Source: an uncultured Oligoflexus sp.
Lineage (GTDB): Bacteria; Bdellovibrionota_B; Oligoflexia; Oligoflexales; Oligoflexaceae
Length of the DNA stretch: 23,762 nt
Reading direction: 5' to 3'
Assembly (NCBI GenBank): GCA_964236955.1
Contig: CAXSGP010000075.1
Coordinates: 1 to 23,762, forward strand
Both the position numbers and the translations under genes were made by a program. Below, piece by piece: positions 17,431 through 23,762 of the stretch. Numbering within the stretch: position 1 is the stretch's first letter; each line of letters starts with the position of its first letter. Below the pieces are notes generated by a model. It had not been told where the DNA came from and searched no databases. It saw only the letters and a list, made by a program, of their open reading frames with translations.

Positions 17431-18096
17431 TTAAAGTCGTTGAAAAGCCTTACGCTCGTTCAAAATATTGATCAGGCAAATTATGCCGCCGGACGTGATG
17501 AACGCGATGCCGCTCCACATCCAGGCTCTTGGATAATCGCCGGCCTCCACATCGAAATAAAGTGCGATCGGCAAGGTCTGCGTCATGCCAGGAATATTTC
17601 CAGCAACCATCAAGGTTGCCCCAAACTCGCCCAACGCCCGTCCAAAGCTTAGGAGGACCCCGGCGCTTAAGCCCGGCATCGCCAGGGGGATCTGGATGCT
17701 GAGCAGGCTTTGCCACGAACCCGCTCCAAAGCTATGGGCGGCATCGACGAGATGTCTATCAATGCTGCGAAAGGCTGCCCGTGCACTCAGATACATCAAA
17801 GGAAGGGAAACGGTAACCGCAGCTATAATTGCCGCTAAGGGCGTGAAGAGAAATCCGCTCTCGGACCATCGATGAAAGGGTCCGTTCCGGCCCAGGAAAA
17901 TCATCAGGACATAGCCGACGACAGTAGGGGGAAGGATCATCGGAGAAAGCAGGAGCGTTTCAAGGATCAGCCGTCGTGACGAGGAAAAATTCAAGATCAA
18001 TCGCGCCAGCAGAATCCCCAGAACGGCCGTGCATAGGGTCGCTAGGCTGGCTATTTCCAGAGAAAGGTATACCGGCGAAAGATCAGTGAGGAGCAC
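17431..18096 (-). CDS. modB: Molybdate ABC transporter permease
   Basis: PMILPPTVVGY, EAA-like loop (LVDAAHSFGAG), RALGEFGATLMVAGNIPGMTQTLP. The GTG start overlaps the modA end by 14 nt. Confidence 0.95.
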   Translation of the reverse strand: MLLTDLSPVYLSLEIASLATLCTAVLGILLARLILNFSSSRRLILETLLLSPMILPPTVVGYVLMIFLGRNGPFHRWSESGFLFTPLAAIIAAVTVSLPLMYLSARAAFRSIDRHLVDAAHSFGAGSWQSLLSIQIPLAMPGLSAGVLLSFGRALGEFGATLMVAGNIPGMTQTLPIALYFDVEAGDYPRAWMWSGIAFITSGGIICLINILNERKAFQRL

Positions 18097-18910
18097 TGGC
18101 CTTCGCCTTTGCCCGGCTCACCGTGGCGATAGGGGAAAGGGGCTGAAAGCCATATTTGCGCCAGATGACAGCGGCCTTGGGACCCGCGAGATAAGTCACC
18201 ATTTTTTTGGCTTTGTCCTGATTCTTACTGGTGGCAACCACGGCTGCAAAATAGCGAATGGGCCTGTGGCTGCTTTCGGGCGCCTGCTCGACAAGGGTCA
18301 CGTTTTTGCCGGCAGCACTTATCCAATCACTTTTGTAGACAAAACCAGCATCCACTTCACCGCGTTCCACATAGTTTAAGACCTGTCTCACATCCTTCGC
18401 ATAGACAAATTTGTGGCTGAGGTCTTTGTCAAGTTTGAAAGAGCTAAGGGTTTGCATGGCATAGTCACCCGCCGGCACCGTGCGCGGTTCACCTAGGGCG
18501 ATGCGTTTGATCTTTGGATTTTTTAAATCGGCAATCGACCCGATGAATGTTGTCTTGGGCGCAATCAGAACGAGGTCATTGGAGAGTAGGGCCAGGCTCG
18601 TAGCGGGAGTCAGTTGTCCGGCCTTCTCCAGTTCCCGTACCGGTTTTTCCGCAGCCGAAAGGAATAGGTCGATGGGTGCGCCTTGATTGATTTGTTGCCC
18701 CAGGACGCCCGATGCGCCAGTCGTCACGCGTAGAGTGATCCCTGGGACTTCGGATTCGATGCCGGCCTTTAATTCCGTGAGGGCATCCTGCAGACTGGCA
18801 GCGGCCGCCAGCATGAATTCGTCAGCCTTTGCCAACGGTGCCTGGAGCCCCATGCTTAAAGCAAGAAAGATGACGAGCCTGGAGAGCGATGGGTTCAATG
18901 ACGACTTCAT
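18083..18910 (-). CDS. modA: Molybdate ABC transporter substrate-binding protein
   Basis: Signal peptide (AKA|D), AAAASL, GASGVLGQQINQGAPIDLFLSA, VPAGDYA, DVRQVLNYVERGEVDAGFVYKSD. Confidence 0.95.
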   Translation of the reverse strand: MKSSLNPSLSRLVIFLALSMGLQAPLAKADEFMLAAAASLQDALTELKAGIESEVPGITLRVTTGASGVLGQQINQGAPIDLFLSAAEKPVRELEKAGQLTPATSLALLSNDLVLIAPKTTFIGSIADLKNPKIKRIALGEPRTVPAGDYAMQTLSSFKLDKDLSHKFVYAKDVRQVLNYVERGEVDAGFVYKSDWISAAGKNVTLVEQAPESSHRPIRYFAAVVATSKNQDKAKKMVTYLAGPKAAVIWRKYGFQPLSPIATVSRAKAKASAPH

Positions 18911-19041
18911 AATAGGCCTCGTTTTCTAAAAGGTGACTGGTTTATAAGGGAATTCTCGCAGCAATACCATCAGCCCTTTTGCCTCATTTTAATTTAGCAG
19001 GCCTTATGGCAAGCTCGCGCAAAGCCACGGGGAGGCGAGCG

Positions 19042-21237
19042 ATGGCGGCGAGGGTGAAACGGGTCTGTAACCTATGCGAAGCAATGTGCGGGCTTAGCTT
19101 TGAATTCAATGAGGCGGGATCCTATACCATTCGTGCTAACAAAGACGATGTCTTCAGTCATGGCGCCTACTGTCCAAAGTCTCAAGGTCTAAAAGACCTG
19201 CATGAAGATAGTGATCGACTTAAGCAGCCTCTGAAACGCCAGGGTTCCAGCTTTGTTCCGGTGAGCTGGGAGGAGGCTTTCGATGATATTGCAAAGCGCC
19301 TCAACGCCATCCAGAAACAATCGGGCCGTTCCAGCGTCGCGACCTATATAGGCAATCCCAACGCCCACAACTTCGGCAATATCATGATGCTGCCGCTGTT
19401 CTATAAAGCCCTGCGCACGCGCAACAAATATTCAGCGACCTCGGTCGATCAACTGCCTCATATGCTCGTAGCACAGCAGATGTTTGGGCACCAATTGCTT
19501 TTGCCTATCGCCGATATCGATCACACGGACTACCTCTTGATACTCGGAGCTAACCCTGCCGTATCCAATGGCAGTCTTTTGTCATCGGCAGGATTATCCA
19601 GCAAGATTAAAAAGCTTAGGGACGGCCCCGGTAAGGTCGTCGTGTTGGATCCTCGTTACACTGAAACCGCGTCTTTAGCCACGGAGCACCATTTTATCCG
19701 GCCTGGTACCGATGCCTTTTTTCTGGCCGCCGTGGTCAAGCTGCTGATTCATCAGCATGGTCCCAAGCTTGGCCGACTGGAAGCTTTTACGAAAAGGAGT
19801 GAGACTCTTGGTGAACGGTTCGCCACCATCGATCTGGCCGTAGTTGAGAAGATATGCGGCGTGCCGGAGAGCGTGATCAAAGAGATTGCCAGAGACCTTT
19901 TTGCGTCGAAAACCGCGATTTGTTATGGCCGCTTTGGGGTCTCGACCCAGAGTTTTGGGACAATTTGTCATTGGTTGATCAATCTTATCAATATCCTCAG
20001 CGGGAACTTTGACCGCAGGGGAGGGGTTCTCTTTACCAAACCGGCATTTGATATCCTGTCTATTATGGCCAAATCCGGAAATCGCGGTAGTTTTGCCCGC
20101 AATAGAAGCCGCGTTCGAAAGCTACCGGAGTTTGGTGGTGAATATCCATCGGTGACCCTCGCCGATGAGATCCTCACGGGCGGCGAGGGCCAGGTGAAAG
20201 CCCTCATCACGATCGCAGGGAATCCTGTGCTGTCCCTTCCCAACGGTCGAAAATTGGAAAAGGCCCTCGATCAGCTCGAATTCTATGTAGCTATCGACAT
20301 CTATCAAAATGAAACGACTCGCTTCGCGCATTATATTCTGCCGCCCAGCAGTTCCCTGGAGCATAGTCACTTCGATTTGATTTTTAATGTGCTGGCGACC
20401 AGGAATACGATTCGTTATTCGCCCGCGGTCGTTCCAGCCGGCCTGAATTCTTTGGCAGATTGGGAGATACTGGTCGAGCTTTGGAGCCGTTTGGGAAGCG
20501 AAAATTCATTGTTTAAAAGACGGCAAAAGCGGTTGCTTGCCAAACTCATGCGGCGGCTGGGCACCGATGCCGTGCTTGATATGGGTTTGAGAATGGGTCC
20601 TTACCAGGGCCTCAGCCTTAAAAAGCTTAAAGCCCATCCGGATGGCATCGATCTTGGACCTTTGGAACCGAGTCTGCCGGAGCGTCTGTTCACCAAGGAT
20701 AAAAAGATCGATCTTCAGCCCAAGCTGCTGCGGGACGCCTGGTCGCTGTTTTTACAGGATGAGCAATGGCAATCGTTCCTTTTACCAAAAGATCCGAAGC
20801 AGTTTATGCTTATTGGCCGCCGCAATCTCAAAAGCAATAATTCCTGGATGCATAACCTTCCCAGTCTGCATCGCAGCAAGGAGCAATGCTTTGTTATTAT
20901 GCATACGAGCGATGGGGAGGAGCAGGGAATTGCCGATGGCTCGCTGGTGCGATTATCAACCGCTGTCGGCAGTATAGAGTTGCCTGTTTCCCTCAGCAGA
21001 CGCATTATGCCTGGGGTGCTAAGCGTTCCCCATGGATGGGGCCATCATCGACCCGGGACCCGGCTCGGTCTTGCCAGTCAGGTCCCTGGAGTCAGTTTAA
21101 ACGATATCACTGATGATACGCAAATTGACGCTTTTTCAGGAAATGCGGTATTGAACGGTCAGCCCGTTCGAATTGTTCCGATATCAAATTCCGAATTGCA
21201 CGAGGGAGGCACCGGCGATGGCAGGTTTAATAGATAG
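19042..21237 (+). CDS. Molybdopterin (bis-MGD, DMSO reductase superfamily) oxidoreductase with N-terminal 4Fe-4S site
   Basis: GGGGAGG RBS before the ATG at 19042. CNLCEAMC...YCPK cluster motif, DRLKQPLKR, GANPAVSNGS, VVVLDPRYTETA, DIYQNETTRFAHYILP, NNSWMHN, SVPHGWG. No Tat signal. Confidence 0.92.
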   Translation: MAARVKRVCNLCEAMCGLSFEFNEAGSYTIRANKDDVFSHGAYCPKSQGLKDLHEDSDRLKQPLKRQGSSFVPVSWEEAFDDIAKRLNAIQKQSGRSSVATYIGNPNAHNFGNIMMLPLFYKALRTRNKYSATSVDQLPHMLVAQQMFGHQLLLPIADIDHTDYLLILGANPAVSNGSLLSSAGLSSKIKKLRDGPGKVVVLDPRYTETASLATEHHFIRPGTDAFFLAAVVKLLIHQHGPKLGRLEAFTKRSETLGERFATIDLAVVEKICGVPESVIKEIARDLFASKTAICYGRFGVSTQSFGTICHWLINLINILSGNFDRRGGVLFTKPAFDILSIMAKSGNRGSFARNRSRVRKLPEFGGEYPSVTLADEILTGGEGQVKALITIAGNPVLSLPNGRKLEKALDQLEFYVAIDIYQNETTRFAHYILPPSSSLEHSHFDLIFNVLATRNTIRYSPAVVPAGLNSLADWEILVELWSRLGSENSLFKRRQKRLLAKLMRRLGTDAVLDMGLRMGPYQGLSLKKLKAHPDGIDLGPLEPSLPERLFTKDKKIDLQPKLLRDAWSLFLQDEQWQSFLLPKDPKQFMLIGRRNLKSNNSWMHNLPSLHRSKEQCFVIMHTSDGEEQGIADGSLVRLSTAVGSIELPVSLSRRIMPGVLSVPHGWGHHRPGTRLGLASQVPGVSLNDITDDTQIDAFSGNAVLNGQPVRIVPISNSELHEGGTGDGRFNR

Positions 21238-22198
21238 CTACCAGCGCAAGTTTCGTTATCTGAGGCTCTCGATCACGGACACCTGCAATTTTAGCTGTTC
21301 CTATTGCCTGCCTAAGGGCTCGTGTATCGATCCGGAGGCTGAGCGGCCTTTAAACCTTTCCGAAATTATCAATCTCACGAAGGCCTTTGCGGGACTGGGA
21401 GTGGAAAAGGTACGCATTACGGGGGGTGAGCCGACGCTAAGGCGTGACGTTGTTGATATTGTCTCGGCTATTGCTGGGCTCGATGGCATCAAGGAGCTGG
21501 CGATCTCAAGCAACGGCTATCGTCTGGCAGGGCTTGCGCCGCGCCTGGTGGCCGCCGGTTGCAAGGCTGTGAATATTTCTCTTGATTCTCTGAACCCAGA
21601 TAAGTTTTCGAAGGTTACGGGTCAAAAATCGAATCAGGCCGTGCTGGAGGGAATTGATTCCGCGCTGGCAGCGGGTATGAAGGTGAAGGTCAATGCCGTT
21701 CTGATGAAGGGCATCAATGATACTGAACTCAATAACTTTCTAGAATACGTAAAGACCAATGCGGTGACTGTGCGGTTTATAGAATTGATGCGTACGGGTG
21801 ACAATAAAGAATTTTTTGATCAGCATCATGTGCGTGCTGAAGCGCTGGTCGGGGACCTTGCAGGGAAAGGCTGGAAAGCCATCCCGCGCGGTCCACTCAG
21901 CGGCCCGGCGGAAGAATATTTTCATCCCGATTATGTCGGGCGCTTGGGATTTATAAAACCCTATGCAAAGAATTTTTGCGACGGTTGCAATCGGCTGCGC
22001 ATCAGCTGCCGCGGGGAACTAAAGCTTTGCCTGTTCGGTGACGGGCAGGAATCGATTCGCCATCTATTGCAATCGCCCCTGCAGGAAGAAGCGCTGCAGC
22101 TGACGCTACTGCAAAGGCTTTCCACCAAGAAAGTGTCCCATTTTCTAGAGGAGGGGTTGTTTGGGATGACTCGGCATTTGGCAGGCATCGGGGGATAG
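21218..22198 (+). CDS. moaA: GTP 3',8-cyclase (molybdenum cofactor biosynthesis protein A)
   Basis: GGGAGG RBS and ATG at 21218 (20-nt overlap with the upstream gene). YLRLSITDTCNFSCSYC radical-SAM motif, RITGGEPTLR, RFIELM, FCDGCNRLR..KLCLF, C-terminal IGG. Confidence 0.96.
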   Translation: MAGLIDSYQRKFRYLRLSITDTCNFSCSYCLPKGSCIDPEAERPLNLSEIINLTKAFAGLGVEKVRITGGEPTLRRDVVDIVSAIAGLDGIKELAISSNGYRLAGLAPRLVAAGCKAVNISLDSLNPDKFSKVTGQKSNQAVLEGIDSALAAGMKVKVNAVLMKGINDTELNNFLEYVKTNAVTVRFIELMRTGDNKEFFDQHHVRAEALVGDLAGKGWKAIPRGPLSGPAEEYFHPDYVGRLGFIKPYAKNFCDGCNRLRISCRGELKLCLFGDGQESIRHLLQSPLQEEALQLTLLQRLSTKKVSHFLEEGLFGMTRHLAGIGG

Positions 22199-22245
22199 AC
22201 GGCTTCATTTTGGAGCGATAGGACCTGGAGTTAAGAGAGGCGAGT

Positions 22246-22458
22246 ATGAAACTTATTTTTACTGCTAAAGACAGATTCGAAGCCGAGATCGTTTCTGGAA
22301 TTCTTAAAGAAAACGGCATCCATTCGCTCATAAAGTATGACGATCAAGGAGGCCAGATGCCTGCCATGACCTTTGGTCAGGGTCTCCCCATCCTGATTAG
22401 CGAAATCGATTGGGATGACGGTCTATCGGCCCTGGATAAAAACGGTATTAAAAATTAA
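22246..22458 (+). CDS. Small DUF2007-like (putative signal-transducing) protein
   Basis: GAGAGG RBS. 70 aa with the pattern FEAEIVSGILKENGI...ILISEID characteristic of DUF2007. Confidence 0.8.
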   Translation: MKLIFTAKDRFEAEIVSGILKENGIHSLIKYDDQGGQMPAMTFGQGLPILISEIDWDDGLSALDKNGIKN

Positions 22459-22656
22459 ACTTACAGTTTCTAGGCGTGGCTTTTTCTTACTCAACGTAAG
22501 GGAGGCTCTTTCTTCTTATTACTTTTTTTCTCTTAGACTATTAGCTCCCTTTTGGCATGGAATCATGTATCATCATACGGGTGGAGCGGCCCATTGGAAC
22601 GGTGATCATCCTTCATAAGGGGTGACATGAAAAATGATAAATTGGAACCAGCCCCG

Positions 22657-22684
22657 TAAAGTTTCAAGGCATGATGTCCGATCT
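22657..22684 (+). promoter_or_regulatory. Putative sigma-28 (FliA)-type promoter
   Basis: TAAAGTTT (22657-22664, matching the extended FliA -35 box), with TCCGATCT at 22677-22684. This gives the same 5+15 spacing as the sites at 2338 and 4706. Confidence 0.55.
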
Positions 22685-22745
22685 CGACAGGGTCGCTGCT
22701 TTCTAAAAGGTCGGATCCATACTTACAGGCAACAGGGAGTCTATT

Positions 22746-23408
22746 TTGAAGTCATTGGTCCTAGTTTCCGTCGTTCTGCTCACCGATTTTTCCTGTGCCA
22801 CCAATCCCAACGTGGTCAAGAGCATCGACACCAAAATGGACGTCAAAGGCAACGTGGGATCATCTAAATTAGGCCTCAATGATAAGAATGAGGTTATCGT
22901 TCAGGAAGAGCGTCAGGCCCAGGATGAGTTGCTGATACAAGAATCCGTAAATATGCGTCTTCAGGACGAAGTGGATCATTATGAGGGCGAACTCAGAGAA
23001 TGCCTCAAATATAGGGCCGACAGCCGCTTAGGCGGAAACGGTGAGATGCCGGAGATTCCTGATGTCAGCAATCTTAAGCCGGACGAAGACACTCAGGAGG
23101 AATTTGGCAGCACAGATGATGGCTCGCTGAAAGTGGTGCGCAAAAGCTTCTTTGTAAGTCGGCTTAAAAATGCCCGGATTTACGAAAAATCCATGCGATC
23201 GATAACCAAGGTTCTCAAAAAGCAGAACGAAGCCTGCCAAATGAAATTGGAAGTCGCTCGCAATAAAGCCGGCCTGCCGGGGAAGAAGGTCACGGCCGAA
23301 GGCTACTTCAATTCCAAAGGGACTTGGGTAGAGACGAAAAGCGGTGAGAATAGTGTCGGGGATGCGTTTGAGATTCAAGCGGATCATGCTCAGAAAGCGG
23401 GGAAATGA
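22746..23408 (+). CDS. Hypothetical lipoprotein (220 aa), partly coiled-coil
   Basis: AGGGAG RBS before a TTG start. MKSLVLVSVVLLTDFS|C is a lipoprotein-like signal. Charged helical segments and two further Cys. Confidence 0.8.
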   Translation: MKSLVLVSVVLLTDFSCATNPNVVKSIDTKMDVKGNVGSSKLGLNDKNEVIVQEERQAQDELLIQESVNMRLQDEVDHYEGELRECLKYRADSRLGGNGEMPEIPDVSNLKPDEDTQEEFGSTDDGSLKVVRKSFFVSRLKNARIYEKSMRSITKVLKKQNEACQMKLEVARNKAGLPGKKVTAEGYFNSKGTWVETKSGENSVGDAFEIQADHAQKAGK

Positions 23409-23762
23409 TAGCCTGAGCTTAGCCTTGAAGCACGGTCGTCTATATCCAGATTAAAAGCTTTTAGGCGCGTGATAGGCTCTAGGCAGGTAATAGCGACTGG
23501 TGACTACGGAATTGCAGGTGCATCACGAAGCTAAGCTTATTTTTAAATCATCTCATACGCGACCCAGAAGAAATTTCACCGACTCGAAAAATTCTTGATC
23601 ACAAAAAGTCAATCCACATAAATTGCTTAATTTACGCAGTTCAAGAGCCCATTGACCTTGCCGCGAAACGCTAGCCAGTATTTGCAAATTTTCTTTGCAT
23701 TGCAGGCCTGAGGCAGCCGATAATATTGACGATGTTGTTGGGGTTATAGACTCTGCGGCCGA

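Noticed and set aside
18911..19041. Moco riboswitch or ModE box between modA and the oxidoreductase
   Set aside because: I could not see the conserved Moco RNA elements or a TATAT-N7-TAYAT-like box. An Rfam scan would settle it.
22415..22867. Short ORFs 22415..22618 and 22634..22867, and a sigma-54-like TGGCATGG at about 22553
   Set aside because: The ORFs overlap better-supported genes and lack protein-like features. The -12 GC is absent at the required spacing.
23716..23723. Perfect GCCGATAA -10 box near the window end
   Set aside because: The corresponding -35 position reads TGCAT, a poor match, and the downstream gene is outside the window.

Overview
Bacterial chromosomal window with 14 supportable CDSs. 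I found no rRNA, tRNA, CRISPR array or intact mobile element. The gene content (many Cys-rich secreted proteins and lipoproteins, LpxC, sigma-28-like promoters) suggests a Gram-negative, possibly Bdellovibrionota/Oligoflexia-like organism; this is inference only. In order: a Cys-rich secreted orphan, a lipoprotein beta-propeller lactonase, a small lipoprotein, a 2277-aa lipoprotein with about 40 tandem C-x7-C fibre-like repeats and a C-terminal DUF1566/Lcl-type head, an LpxC fused to an intact N-terminal receiver domain, a Dus-family enzyme plus a small ORF, an M13 peptidase, modAB (no modC) divergent from a molybdopterin oxidoreductase-moaA-DUF2007 unit, and another lipoprotein. The most notable items are: (1) the receiver-LpxC fusion, which could put the committed step of lipid A synthesis under direct phosphorylation control; (2) the giant repeat protein, whose repeat subtypes follow a strict ordering rule; (3) a shared T(C/A)AAG-N15-(G/T)CCGA promoter motif in front of three lipoprotein genes.
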